The notes under the pieces were generated by a model. That model saw nothing but the letters and a program-made list of their open reading frames with translations. It was not told where the DNA came from and searched no databases. A stretch of 64,000 nucleotides of DNA from Azolla caroliniana (lineage: Eukaryota; Plantae; Polypodiophyta), in NCBI GenBank assembly GCA_043228905.1, contig JBHGNT010000002.1, positions 25,234,001 to 25,298,000 of the forward strand. The letters are read 5' to 3'. Shown piece by piece: positions 26,926-39,860 of the stretch. A program made the position numbers and the translations under genes. The stretch's first letter is position 1. Each line of letters starts with the position of its first letter.

Positions 26926-27840
26926 GGTACCACATGTATGTTGGTGCGGGGAAATGTATGGAATTACACTAGTATAAACCACGAAACAACTCATTCAGTT
27001 GAAAAATATACATCTCAGGATCTATGGAACAAAAAAACTTGAATTTGCAATATTTTAGCATCCATATATAAGATACCAAACTTTATGTCAAAGTCACATG
27101 TTTTATGTTACATAATGTCGCATGTCAAATACCATATCATTTGGCAAATGATTATAAATCAAATATATCCCACATCTTAGTGCCTTGAGGTCTAACATGA
27201 CAAGTGAATTCATTATCAATTAGCGAATAGCATTGTGGGAAAATGTGTGCCTCAAAAAGCATGACCTAAATGTCAAATGGTTGGCAACCTAGTAATGTTG
27301 AAAGACGCCCACCCATGGCATGTGTCAATTGTAATCGTAACCAAGAAAATACATCCATCACTATGACATGCCCAACACCATCATGCTCCATAATAGCAAG
27401 TGATAAATGATGATATTTCACAAGCTTCATTATAGCAAGTGGCAAGTAATGTTTTATAATTGTCATCGTAGCACATAACAATTGATATTTCACCAACATT
27501 GCATGACTAAGGTAACACCCTTTATACATCGAGCTACATCATACAAAATATAGTTTTGTAATAAAGATTGAACCTTTTACATATATTTGAAAATTATTTT
27601 GGTGTCCTTATTGAGGCCTATTTCCTAATCCACCATTCTTCTCAAGAAAGCTTTAAAGCTAGAGAGCCATGAAATGAGAAGAACCCCTACAAAAGGTTTA
27701 TCATTTCACTTTTATAGTTCTTCATTGTTAATCAATTTTACTACTATGTTGCTTTCACACTCATGAGGCCATAAAGGTTTAAAGTTATTACATTTATAGC
27801 TCATTACAAATTTAGGAGATCTCTCTCTCTCTCTCTCTCT

Positions 27841-27990
27841 CTCATCATAATTAGCTTACTCTAGTAGTAAGTCATTAACACTACTAGCATTATATCTGTC
27901 ATGATATGGCTAAACTTGATCTCATCATAATTAGCTTACTCTAGTAGTAAGTCGTTAACATTACTAGCACTATATTTGTCATGATATGGC
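27841..27990. repeat. 80-bp tandem duplication of the flank plus the first 14 bp of the chromovirus LTR
   Basis: CTCATCATAATTAGCTTACTCTAGTAGTAAGTC..TATAT(C/T)TGTCATGATATGGC at 27841 and 27921. Confidence 0.9.
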
Positions 27991-28122
27991 AAGACTCGAA
28001 CCCATGACCTTATGTTATATAGGTCAAGCTCTTGACCATTATACCATCTATTGTAATACATAGAATATTATTTTCATTTAAGTTTTATTATAGGAAATTA
28101 ATGTATATTCTAGATTTCTCTG

Positions 28123-28167
28123 GAACATTCTAGAAGCTTCAGGACTCCTCCTATGAACACTATAAAA
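28123..28167 (+). promoter_or_regulatory. Perfect 4-unit heat-shock element plus TATA box in the chromovirus LTR
   Basis: GAAcaTTCtaGAAgcTTC at 28123-28140 and TATAAAA at 28161. The HSE is retained in the 3-prime LTR near 42876-42893. Confidence 0.65.
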
Positions 28168-28272
28168 GGAGGCACAAGGCATTATGTTGAACCAAATTGG
28201 TTCAACGCCAGTCTTAAGCCTCATAGCCATCTTGTACTTACTCTTCCTATAATATATCATCTGTTATCATCA

Positions 28273-28303
<31 letters not shown>

Positions 28304-30703
28304 CTCTTTCCTCTCTCTTGGGAGTCTTACGTAGTCCTGTCCTCTTAGTACTAATAGTACTTCCCTTCTCTAGTACTAATTCTCTCTCTGTTTTAGTACT
28401 ATTCCTGACAGTTTGAACCAAATTTTCTCTAGTCTTCTTTTTGGTTTCCCTCATCCTCTTACCCCTTTTTTCCAATACTATGGCTACTGTTAGCGCCCAA
28501 GAATATTAATCCGTTTTCTCTAAGCTATAGGGTCTAAAAGAAAAATTTGTTGCCTTGGAACAAGAAAACCAACGATTGTTAGGGGACCTTCAACAAATCG
28601 CTCTAGAAAAATAGCAAAAGCAACAACAAGGATCAAGTCCCCAAGGATTTCATAAAGAGCCCCAGATTGGACTTCTTGTGAAATTCGATAGAACATGATC
28701 GCAATTCAGGGGATTTCTTAATTAGGTACGCTTAGTCATTCAAATGCATCCTTCCCGATACCCCACTGATGCATCCCAAATCAACCTAATAGGCATGTTG
28801 CTTAGCAGCTCAGCCTTGGCATGGTTCGCTCCGCTTCTAGAAAAAAAATCGCCCTTGCTTAATAACTTTGAAGACTTTATTAGCGAGTTTAAAGCATGCT
28901 TTGGAGATACAGACAACATCAGGACGGCGATCAACAAAATCCAATGATTGTGTCAAGGTGATCGTCCAGCCTCTGCCTACGCGGCGGATTTTCGTCTACC
29001 CGCCTCAGATATCCCCTGGGATGATCAAGCACTAATGGAGCAGTTTCACTATGGCCTGCAAAACAATGTCAAAGATTTACTCCTAACCTTCCTTGAAGAA
29101 CCAAAGTCTCTTATAGAGGCAATCAGTCGAGCGGTCCGATGCGACAACCGCCTTTTCGAACGCCGTTCTAAACGTCAATTACAAATTCCACACCCTCGGC
29201 CGGAGCCCACATATGCCTCAGTCGCGACTAAACCATTTGCACGAGACGTATATCAACCAAATACTCTAACATTGATGGAGATCGACACCATGCGTCGATG
29301 TGGCCCGTTATCGGAAGAAGAAAAGCAACGCCAACGTGCAAATCAATTATGTCTTTATTGTGGTGGACTAGGGCATATCGCAATCAACTATCCCCATAAG
29401 CCAAGAAGACAGGTAAATCAAATCGTAGCCTGTACTAAACCCGAATCAATTCTTCCCTTAGGAATGTCTGATAGTATTAATCGTACTAATAACCCAAGTA
29501 TCTCAAACAAATTTGAAATCCTTAGTCAATTAGAAGAAGAGTGAAACGACTGAGTCCAACCAAAATAGGAGCCGTTTGGTTGGACAACCCTAGATCTGTA
29601 CACCCCTTTAGTGGTTCCATTCCCTTAAAGCAAGTTAGCAATGTGTACTTAGCCCAAGTCATGGTTAGTACTAAAAGTACTCCTCCAGTACACGTCCTAA
29701 CACTTTTAGATTTCGGAGCCAATTCATGTTTCATGGATTGAAATTTTGCCCAAGCTTCTCAGATATCCTTAAGAAAACTTCCTTGCCCCGCATCTATAGT
29801 AGTCATTGATGGTCGTCTCATTGCTTCTGGGAATATTGTAAAAGAGTCTGAATTCATTCAAGTTGTCCTAGGTAGTTGTGTGTGTGTGGTATTATTTAAT
29901 ATAATTAGTAGTCTAGAGCATCCCATTGTCCTGGGATTACCTTGGTTTGAATTACATAATCCAGACATAGATTGAAGAACAAGAGAAGTCCAGTATCGAC
30001 AACCCCATGAATCTACTCATCAATCGACCATTTCACTCCATCAACTACGCGAAGAAGGACACAAGGAGGCAATGTTTCTATTTGCAATATCAGTACATCC
30101 TTCCAACAATATTAAGAAGGAATCCTTAGTGCAACTTCCGGCAAAATATCATCCTTATGCTGATGCATTTGACAAGGTAAAAGTCGGTACTCTTCCTCAT
30201 CATAGTCCCTATGATTGTCCCATCGATTTACAACCAGGAACAGAGCAACCATGGGGACCAATTTACAACTTGTCACCAACCGAGTTAGAAGTCCTTAGAG
30301 CCTACATAGAGGAGAACTTGGCAAGTAGGTTTATTCGTCATTCGAAATCTTCGGCCGGTGTACCCATCTTCTTTGTCAAGAAGAAATATGGATCAATTCG
30401 TCTCGTCGTTGATTACAACGGCTAGAATAAGGTCACCATCAGGAATAGGTATGCACTTCCTCTTATATCAAGTCTTTTAGAGCGAGTAAATGATGCCAAG
30501 TGTTTTACAAAAATTGATCTACGAGGAGCGTATAACCTCGTGCGGATCCGACCGGGAGACGAATGGAAGACCACCTTTCGCATGTGGTATGGGCATTTTG
30601 AGTATACTGTTATGTCGTTCGGTCTAACCAATGCACCCATAGTCTTCCAGCACATGGCAAATGATATATTCAGAGACCTCTTGGATATTTGTTTGATCAT
30701 CTA

Positions 30704-31907
30704 TAATACTTGTGGGCCGTATGGCCTAAGCAAGGAGTGCGAGCGTATAACCTTCAGCGGTTGGATAGTAAGGGTAAATAGTATGGTACCTAAAGAATAG
30801 TATAAAAGAGAGTAGTAGGGGAGGAGAAGAGAGAGAGAGAGAGAGATAATTCAAATTTCAATTTATGTAAGAAAAGGTCTTTTGGCAAACATGTTTCGCT
30901 CTATATGAGCTCATTAGTGCTAAAGACCATATACAAAAATGTGAGAGGCTTATATAGGGGAAGATGCAAGAAGAGTGAAGGGGAGTGGTGGGGATGGATG
31001 AGAGGGGATTTGAATGTGTATAAAGGAGGATGTGGGAGTTAGGGAGGTAGTGAATGTAGAGAGGGATAACTTAATGAGTTTGATGGTAAGGGATGATTTG
31101 GGGATCTATTATATTTAGTTCTAGTAGAATGATAGCAATAGTAAGTGTGATGTTTTAATGGGGATTTGGGGATCTAATATATTTAGTTTTGACTAGATAA
31201 GAATAGAGTGATTTGGACTTGGTCCAACATATGAAAGGCTTAGGAATGTTTTTTAGTTGGGGATCTAGGCTAAGGTGGCGTGTAAGTCTTTTAAAAACGA
31301 GTGGATACCTAATTTAGGGGAGTTTTTAGAGTACCTAAGCTTGAATATGGTAGGTGTAAGGGAAGATTTGTTTTTATGCTTATGGATGAGAGTATTCCTA
31401 AGGGAGAAAGGATGTTTATTAAAGGTTTTAAGGATGAAATTTGGTGGGTAACCTCGGCTAATGAGTCTAAGGAAGAAACATTTTTTCATTTCTAGGTACC
31501 CTATAGGTGTGCTTTCTCTAACTAGGTAGCGTTTTAATTCGTTCGAAATAAAATTTTGTTTGACGTGTATGGGATGGTCTGAGGAGAAGGGAAGATATTG
31601 ATAGGAATTTAATGGTTTTTGGAAACAATTGAAAGAGAACTTAGAGTTCTCTAGATTGATCCAAATATCCAAGAAAGGGAGCCTAGTGGGGGATGTATGG
31701 ATCGTAAGTTTAATAGAGTTATTGGTCATAAGGCTATAGAAACTGAGGTAGTCTAAGAGTTGGGGTTTCGTGCCTGTCCAAACCCCGAATGCATCATCTA
31801 TGTACCTAGTAAAATAGAAGAGATGGGGTGTGGTTTGTGAGTTTTCTAGGTGTGATAAGAAAAGGCATGCATAGACAACTGAGAAGTTACTACCCATGGC
31901 TGTTCCA
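30704..31907 (-). mobile_element. 5-prime-truncated Penelope-like retroelement (PLE)
   Basis: ORF 31265-31897 has PLE RT motifs GTAMGS, RYIDDAFGVW, LPFLDI, QKPLNSYQYLPFSSDHP and RLISRGYP. It interrupts the host RT exactly where YLDD is expected. Confidence 0.88.
30876..30928 (-). ncRNA. Minimal type I hammerhead ribozyme, probably inactivated
   Basis: Minus strand reads GGTCTTTAGCA-CTAATGA-GCTC-ATATA-GAGC-GAA-ACATGTT-TGCCAAAAGACC. Stems I and II and a palindromic stem III are present. The core is CUAAUGA versus consensus CUGAUGA. Confidence 0.78.
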
Positions 31908-33946
31908 GGAAGAGTATGATTCTCATGTACGATTAGTACTAAAACGACTCCAAGAGAATGGTCTTTATGCCAAACTAGAAAAATGTAGCTTTGATTGCAA
32001 GCAAGTGGAATTTCTAGGCTACGTCATCTCCTCAAAGGGCATCTCCATGGATCAGGCTAAAGTCAAAACTGTCCTACAGTGGCAAACTCCACGTTCGTTA
32101 CGAGATGTACAATGTTTCCTAGGTTTTGCTAACTTCAACTGCAAGTTTATACAAGATTACTCGAAGATTATTTTACCTCTCACACAGCTTACGAAGAAGG
32201 GACATGCATTTCTTTGGTCTAATGAAGCGGACATGGCTTTTAGGCATCTTAAGAAAGCCTTTACATCAGCTCCTATTCTAGCTCATGTGGATACAAACAA
32301 ACCATTCATCATGGAGGCCGACGCATCGGATTTCGCCCTCGGTAGCATCCTTTCTCAACAAGGAGATAAAGAAGAGTTACATCTTGTGGCTTTCCATTCG
32401 TGCAATTTTGATGCCACGGAAATCAACTACGAGATACATGACAAGGAGTTATTAGGCAGCGTGGATTCATTTGTGCAATGGCGGCACTTCTTAGAGGGCT
32501 CTCCACATCAGGTCATCGTCTTCAGTGATCACAAAAACCTTGCTTATTTCCAGAACGCTCGTGTACTAAATCGACATCAAGCTCGGTGGGCCCAATTCCT
32601 CACGCGTTTTGACTTCAAAATCACATATCGACCGGGGAAGCAGCAAGGAAAAGTAGATGCACTATCGCGACGTTCATATATTGCACCTCATCTTGGTGAT
32701 CCAACATTTGATAATCAAAAGCAGGTAATCTTGGGACCAACACATTTGCACACAACGCAGATTTTTCACACTCCACTAGATTCCCGGATTATCGATGCCA
32801 TACGTGCTAACCTGAAGACAGACAGTTTTGCTCAAGCCATTCTAGCGCACATTGATACCTCTCGGGCATCTTGTTCTCAGTCTCAACAACTAGGTATGGA
32901 TTATCGACAATTCGAATATCATGATGGTTTATTGTTCTTTAAAAAGCTCGTATATGTTCCCGATTGTTCCTGTCGCCTTCAAATCGTCCAAAATTGTCAC
33001 GACACCCATACAACGGGACATTTCGGTAGTACGAAAACGTTAGATCTAGTTCAACGATCCTTTTGGTGGCCCCATATGCGACGTTTTGTTGACGACTATG
33101 TTCAGACTTGTGATGCTTGCTACCGAACAAAGATGCCACGACATCATCCATATAGCTTGTTGGAACCCTTTCCGATTCCAAGTAAGCCGTGGCAGTCTAT
33201 TTGTCTTGATTTTATCACAAATCTGCCGGTCTTGAAGGGTTTCGATGCTATCTTAACCGTCGTTGATCGATATACTAAGATGGCACATTTTGTGTCGTGT
33301 ACTAAGGCCATCACTAGTGAGGAAACCGTCGCCCTTGTCATGCGTGAGGTATTTCGGCACCATGGCCTCCCAGACAATATCATCAGTGACTGAGGACCTC
33401 AATTCCTCTCCAAATTTTGGAAGCATCTCTTCAAGATGCTCAAGGTCTCTTGTAACCTCTCCTCTCGTGTTAAGAGTCTATTACTAATCAATAGACCAAA
33501 TCAAGTAAAAAGGAAGAAAATAGATTGGATAGAAGAACCCGTTCCACCCGACCACCCCCGAGCTATGATTTAGACATAGCCAACCTACCACCGACGTCCC
33601 ATACCGCCGGATATTAGGATGACTAATACCTTGGAAGAGATAAACACGATCGTCGAGACGAAAGCCTAGCCCGCACCACCGGTGTCTACCACAGCAGCCT
33701 TCCGACGTGATTTCCTATGAGGGTAGCTAAGCCTCATATTTATACCTTTTCCTAGGCCCCTTGAATAGATGTGCCTTTCTAAAAGGCTCTCTATTCATTG
33801 GTTGTCTAAATCATGATAGTGCATGCACATATCATTCATTCTATCCAATCATTAGTCCCCTTTTTAATAATAGTGAACATACCCTTCACTAATGTAAATA
33901 TTAGTGACCTACCCTCACCAACGTTATGTGTACATAACATACTCCC

Positions 33947-36900
33947 CTACTTCAAAAGATTGCACTCTTGCAATATAAAGTGAGGAAATTGTGCCTTAAG
34001 CGAATGCTCGCGTTCCCATGTGGCATCATCAATAGGTTTATCCATCCATTTGATCTTGAATAGCCGAATCTCTTTAGAACGTAAACGTTTAGTACGAGAA
34101 TCAAGAATTCGTTCAGGAACATGAGGTTTGTAAGAAAAATCCTCTAATGTTACAAGATCTTGGATTGTGATGGTGTTATCACCAGAGCCTAAAAATGGTT
34201 TTAGACGACTGACGTGAAAAACAGGATGAATACCAACGTTACGAGGTAAGGCAAGGTGATAAGCAGATGACCCAACTCGCTTAAGGATTTCAAATGGGCC
34301 ACAATATCGTGGGGCTAACTTAGCGCACTTGCCCATAGATAATGACGTAGAATCAGTCGGGACACGCAAAAAAACTTTTTGACCAATAGTAAATGCACGA
34401 GGACGTCTATCCTGATCAGCATAAAATCGAGCACGATCTTGAGCTGTCTTGACATTTTCTTTGGCAATATGCAACATTTGGTTCATGTCTTGCAAAAAAT
34501 TGCGTGTACTGTCTAATGTATCACGATGAATCGTGACATCAACTGGGGCACGTGGCTGAAAACCATACATCAACATAAAAGGACTATATCCAGTGGATGT
34601 ATGTTTAGAGCTATTATAGGCAAATTCTAAGATAGGAAGGTATTGCTCCCACTTAGAAGGGGTTTTTGCTACATAAGCTCGAAGCATGTCCTCAATAATT
34701 TGATTAACTCGTTCAGTTTGTCCATCAGACTGAGGATGATCTGCGGAACTCATGCTCAACGTAGTTTCTAGTTTCTTAAAGACCTGAGTCCAAAAGTCAC
34801 TAGTAAACTTGGAATCTCGATCACTAACAATATCCATCGGTAATCCATAAAAACGAAATAACTCATCAACAAATTGATAAGCCAACTGTTGAGCGGTTAC
34901 CGTGGTTTTTGTAGGAATAAATCTAGCTAATTTTGTTAGCCTGTCAACGACAACCCATATGGCATCATGACCCCTCTGTGTACGAGGTAAACTAACAATA
35001 AAATCCATCGAGATACTTTCCCATTTATTGTTGGGAATATCTAAGGGATGTAAAAGACCAGCAGCTTTAAGTCGTTCCGACTTATTAATCTGACATTGTA
35101 AGCATTGAGTTACATATTTATGCACGTCAGAGCGCATCTTAGGCCAGAAAAAAGTACACGAGATGAGAACGAGTGTGCGTTGTATTCCAGGATGACCAGC
35201 AGATGGTGCATCATGACATTCATGAAAAATTTTCTGTTTAACATTTGGTAAATCTGGAACACAGACCTTTCCACTACGGTAGAGCAAACCGTTTGTAATG
35301 TGAAAGGTCGCCTTCGAGGGTAGGGTGCTAGTATCGGCATCTAAACCAGATTCGGCTTTCGTCCAGTATTTTGAGAAATAACTGTCATCAAGGTATTTCC
35401 CTCGAAGGTGATCTAAAAGATCAGATTTTATTTCCGTGAAGCTAAGCATGTTAACTTCTTTAATGCGACTAAGAGCATCAGCAACGGTGTTCATAGAACC
35501 CTTGCGATATCGTATGGAAAAATCAAAATCTTGCATAAGGTCAGCCCAACGGCCTTTACGACCAACAAGATCGGGCTGGTCACAAAAATACTTTAATGAT
35601 TGATGGTCTGTTGTAACCACAAATTTATTTCCATAGAGATAGTGCCTCCATGTTTTAAGTGCGTGTATCACCGCAAACAACTCTTTCTCTTGAACCGAAT
35701 ACCGAGATTGAGCCGCATCAAGCTTCTTACTTTCAAAAGCAATAGGGTGACCACCTTGATAAAGAACGGCACCAATAGCATAATCACTAGCATCGGTTTC
35801 AATTGAGAAAGGCTTAGAAGGGTCTGGTAATAGAAGAGTGGGAGCCTGACACACATGCTCCTTGAGTGTCTCAAATGATTTGTCAAGTTGTTCATTCCAT
35901 GAAATTGGTTTGACAGACTTACGTGGATGACCTTTTAAAAGGTCAGTTAATGGCGTAGTCAATTTGGAATAGTTACGAATTGATTTTCGTAAAAATCCAA
36001 CAAACCCTAAGAATGATCTAAGTTCACGAATATTACGAGGAATGGGCCAAAGTTTAACCTTTTCAATACGAGAAGGTTCAATTTCAACGCCATTTTCTGT
36101 AATTAAATGACCTAGGTACACAATAGATTTTTGGAAGAAGTCACATTTTGAATGTTTTGCATAGAAAGAGTTGTCACGCAACTTTCGCAAAACAAATCGA
36201 ACATGTTGAACATGATCTTGCAAGGTACGGCTATATATCAAAATATCATCCAAGAAGACGACAACAAAATCACCGAGTTGATCTCGGAAAACATCATTCA
36301 TCGCTTGTTGGAATGTGGCTGGAGCATTAGTCAACCCAAACGGCATGACTAAAAACTCATAATGGCCATAGCGCGTACGAAAAGCGGTTTTAGGAATATC
36401 ATCCTCGGCGATGCGAATCTGATGATAACCAGTTCGTAAGTCAATTTTCGTAAAATATCGAGCCCCGTGCAAACGATCAATCAAATCATCGGCACGAGGT
36501 AATGGATATGCATTCTTAATTGTCATTTTATTCAAACGGCGATAATTGATACACATTCGCCACGAACCTTCCTTCTTCTTGACTAATAGAACTGGCGCAC
36601 CCCAAGGTGATTTACTATACCTAATGTGGCCCATACTCAAGTATTCCTTAAGTTGTTTAGCGATCTCATCCTCTTCTAATCGACTAAGTCGGTAAGGTGG
36701 AATGCTCACAGGAGCAGCCCCAGGGATGAGTTCAATTTGATGGTCCACATTACGTTTAGGTGGTAAAGTAAGCGGTAATTCAGTAGGAAACACATCTTGA
36801 AAATCCTCTAAAATAGAGTCGAGTAATCGTTGCTCAAAATGTGGTAATTGTGTGGCGTCAATATTAAAATAATAAAATTGAACCGCAGGATCAATTACAC

Positions 36901-38350
36901 ACGAATAAATTAATGAACTAGAATACTCACTTAAAGATTTAGAAGACACAAGTGAATGAGAAGGAAGTTTGGAACATTGAATAAAATGTTTACAATTATT
37001 AAGTTCAAATGTGATTGAGTGATTAACCCAATCAATGGACAAAGAAGGGTTTTTATTAAAAAACCAAGGATATCCTAAAATGACATCTGCGGATTGTAAT
37101 TTCATAACATGAAAGTCAAGCTTCTCCAAATAAGTATCTATTTGAATTGGCAGTTGACAAACAATGCCACTGATGTATTGAACGTTTCCATTTGCCATGT
37201 GAACTTGATAGATATGATCACTTGCGTTTATGTGGAGCTCCATTTGCTGCACAAAGTGATCATTAAGAAAATTGTGAGAACTACCGGAATCAAACAAGAA
37301 ATGTGCTTGTGTTCCATTGATATATCCGACTGCTCGGAGTAAATCATTAGGTCCAAGTAAATGTGAAGGAAAAGTGCATTCACATAAACTTAAGTGATTG
37401 GTATGAACTTCAACAATATCAAAAGACTCACTTGTGTGACTCGTAGATTTGTCTTGAGGAGGGGTGTTCATTGACTTCCTCTCAAGACGACGACAGGTAT
37501 CCTTTGTGTGGCCCCGCTTCTTGCAATATGCACAGAAGAGGTTCGGTTTCTTTGAGTCGCGGTCAAGAGTGTCACTGGATTGCTTACGTTTCCCAATGAA
37601 CTTGACATTCGGAGTTTTGGCGAACTCAGGTTTATTGTGGTCTTTCTTGGAAGTCCTATGGTATCGCAGCACAATGTTGACGGCTTCCTCGAAAGTTGTG
37701 GGGTCCTTGTCATGGACAATCCAATGATAATCCCCATTGGGAATACCATTCAAAAAACAAGCGACAAACCATTTCTCACCCGTAAGTCCCGATTTTTGGA
37801 TCTGGGTCCTAGCGTGATGCACATAATCCTCGAGAGAGGTAAATGGCTTATTAGACAATGTGAGCAAGTGTTGCGCTTGTTCGGTTTGAGAAGGTGGCTG
37901 CAAGAATTGTTTCTTAAAAACATCAACGAAACCTTCCCAAGTTGTGGGTAAGTTTTTTGCGGTCCTTAGGCCACGCCACCAAGCAGCAACTCGGCCACCT
38001 AACTCACGACCGACATAACCAATTTTTATTGCATCGGGCTTGGGATGAAGCTCAAAGTGAGACTCCCAACGACCAAGCCAAGTGCTAATGGCCTCCTCGG
38101 TTCTTTCTTTCTTATCTCCCTTGAAAGGCGTGACTACGAAGGAAGGTTCACCTTCTTTCTTGGACTCAATAGTTAATTCTTGGAATTTCTTTTCCAATGC
38201 CATATTGGCCTGTCTCATTTCGGCCAATTGATTCAAGGTAGTAGTGAGCAATTGCTCAATAGTGATCTCAGCTTGTGTGCGAGATGCGGATTGGGGTTGA
38301 GAGGTCTCATTTGGAGAGATCGTTCCAACTGCGTTCAAAACTTGTTCCAT
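33947..38350 (-). CDS. Gag-Pol polyprotein (gag, CCHC, PR, RT, RH, INT, chromodomain), 1467 aa
   Basis: Single ORF with [52 protein letters not shown] and PERILD..IKW..DATWE. Confidence 0.95.
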   Translation of the reverse strand: MEQVLNAVGTISPNETSQPQSASRTQAEITIEQLLTTTLNQLAEMRQANMALEKKFQELTIESKKEGEPSFVVTPFKGDKKERTEEAISTWLGRWESHFELHPKPDAIKIGYVGRELGGRVAAWWRGLRTAKNLPTTWEGFVDVFKKQFLQPPSQTEQAQHLLTLSNKPFTSLEDYVHHARTQIQKSGLTGEKWFVACFLNGIPNGDYHWIVHDKDPTTFEEAVNIVLRYHRTSKKDHNKPEFAKTPNVKFIGKRKQSSDTLDRDSKKPNLFCAYCKKRGHTKDTCRRLERKSMNTPPQDKSTSHTSESFDIVEVHTNHLSLCECTFPSHLLGPNDLLRAVGYINGTQAHFLFDSGSSHNFLNDHFVQQMELHINASDHIYQVHMANGNVQYISGIVCQLPIQIDTYLEKLDFHVMKLQSADVILGYPWFFNKNPSLSIDWVNHSITFELNNCKHFIQCSKLPSHSLVSSKSLSEYSSSLIYSCVIDPAVQFYYFNIDATQLPHFEQRLLDSILEDFQDVFPTELPLTLPPKRNVDHQIELIPGAAPVSIPPYRLSRLEEDEIAKQLKEYLSMGHIRYSKSPWGAPVLLVKKKEGSWRMCINYRRLNKMTIKNAYPLPRADDLIDRLHGARYFTKIDLRTGYHQIRIAEDDIPKTAFRTRYGHYEFLVMPFGLTNAPATFQQAMNDVFRDQLGDFVVVFLDDILIYSRTLQDHVQHVRFVLRKLRDNSFYAKHSKCDFFQKSIVYLGHLITENGVEIEPSRIEKVKLWPIPRNIRELRSFLGFVGFLRKSIRNYSKLTTPLTDLLKGHPRKSVKPISWNEQLDKSFETLKEHVCQAPTLLLPDPSKPFSIETDASDYAIGAVLYQGGHPIAFESKKLDAAQSRYSVQEKELFAVIHALKTWRHYLYGNKFVVTTDHQSLKYFCDQPDLVGRKGRWADLMQDFDFSIRYRKGSMNTVADALSRIKEVNMLSFTEIKSDLLDHLRGKYLDDSYFSKYWTKAESGLDADTSTLPSKATFHITNGLLYRSGKVCVPDLPNVKQKIFHECHDAPSAGHPGIQRTLVLISCTFFWPKMRSDVHKYVTQCLQCQINKSERLKAAGLLHPLDIPNNKWESISMDFIVSLPRTQRGHDAIWVVVDRLTKLARFIPTKTTVTAQQLAYQFVDELFRFYGLPMDIVSDRDSKFTSDFWTQVFKKLETTLSMSSADHPQSDGQTERVNQIIEDMLRAYVAKTPSKWEQYLPILEFAYNSSKHTSTGYSPFMLMYGFQPRAPVDVTIHRDTLDSTRNFLQDMNQMLHIAKENVKTAQDRARFYADQDRRPRAFTIGQKVFLRVPTDSTSLSMGKCAKLAPRYCGPFEILKRVGSSAYHLALPRNVGIHPVFHVSRLKPFLGSGDNTITIQDLVTLEDFSYKPHVPERILDSRTKRLRSKEIRLFKIKWMDKPIDDATWEREHSLKAQFPHFILQECNLLK

Positions 38351-39342
38351 GATGCACGCTGTGGGTATGCAATAAAATAAGGAGGTTCAGAAAATACACA
38401 AGCAAAATGAATGCTTGAAATTTTGATTGAAAGAACTTTATCCAAGAAAGTATCTCATGTCTTTACCCCTCTAGACATATGAGATGTGATTCGAGATCCG
38501 ATAACTATGGTAACACTATGGTGTTTTAAAAACCATGGGGGAAAACATAGCTAAGATGTATTTCTCGGATCTCTATCTTGAGTAATCATGGCGGCTCCCC
38601 GAGGCTCAACCATGGTTCTTACATCAATGAAATTTCCTAGATAGCCTTATATTAATGCCAACCCATCATGTATTATATGGTCGAGAAAGTGTATTACGTG
38701 AAAAAAACAAGTGCACTCACAAGTAATATTCTAGTCTTGCGAGCAATAAGCAAACGTGATGATAAAATGATAAAATAAGGCACTACTCATAAGAGTTAAG
38801 TAGTGACGAAAACAAGGGTAAAAAAAAAGAACCCATGTGTTACCTACGAAAAAAACAATGTCACAAATAAATGGGAAGTGCAAGGTATGCACATATACAT
38901 CCCAATATGATTGTTATAACTTGCACAATTGTGACATAAGCCAGAAATTGATACAAGTGATGACGGTGTTGTGCGCAAAGATGTAATACTCAAATCCATG
39001 AGTAAAACATCAATAAGGGAACTCATATGGTTTTACTCGTTTTCTAAGGCTTGATGATAAGAGTTAAACCTAGATGACCCGTTGAAAAAAAATCGTTCAA
39101 CAAGCCACTGCATACGAAAAAAATAGTCTACACGTAAAGGTTACATTAAAAATAAACGATGTAAATACTTTATACATGAAAAGGAAGTGGAAAAAGGATA
39201 GTTAATTGTGGGCGGGTAAATAATAATTACTAGAAAATCATATAAGTGAAACAATACTTATGAAATTAAAATTTAATTAGAATAATCAACAATTAGGTGT
39301 ATGGAATCAAACATGCCCTAAGATACGAAACCCTAGGGTAGT

Positions 39343-39860
39343 TGACATGCACCTCCTCAAGACCACCACATATCCCTAGAATCGGCCAAGTAATGGCTAA
39401 TTAAAGAGGAAAGTGGCATAGGTAAGTGACATATACCTCGTCAAGGCCACATCATCCCTTAGAATCGGCCAATTGATGGCTAATTAAAAGGGAAAGTGGC
39501 ATATGTAAGCTACATATACCTTGTCAAGGCCACAACATCCCATAGAATCGGCCAATTGATGGCTTAATAGAGAGTAGAGTGGCATAGGTAGGCAACATAC
39601 ACCTCGTCAAGGCCACATCATCCCTTAGAATCGGCCAAGTGATGGCTCAATAGAGGGGAAGAGTGGTATACTCAACATCATATGCAAAACGGCCATGAGA
39701 TAAGCGTGTGCGATTAGAGCAAACACGCTCGACCCAATGCACAAGAATAATTATTATCGTAAGAGTTCAAGAGAGGAGAGAGTGGGATATATATCGCAAT
39801 ATGCAAAAGGCCATGAGTTGAGCGTGTGCGATTAGTGCAAACACGCTCGGCCCGATGCAT
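39343..39860. repeat. Two tandem arrays in the long 5-prime UTR of the chromovirus
   Basis: An approximately 84-bp unit x4 (CCTCGTCAAGGCCACA..TAGAATCGGCCAA.TGATGGCT) at 39343-39665. A second unit x2 (GCGTGTGCGATTAG.GCAAACACGCTCG) at 39680-39860. Confidence 0.85.

Noticed and set aside
27977-28052. Functional tRNA gene
   Set aside because: Acceptor and anticodon stems do not pair properly. Kept only as a tRNA-like cassette.
31828-31907. N-terminus of ORF 31828-33393
   Set aside because: It is antisense PLE sequence read into the host pol by chance.
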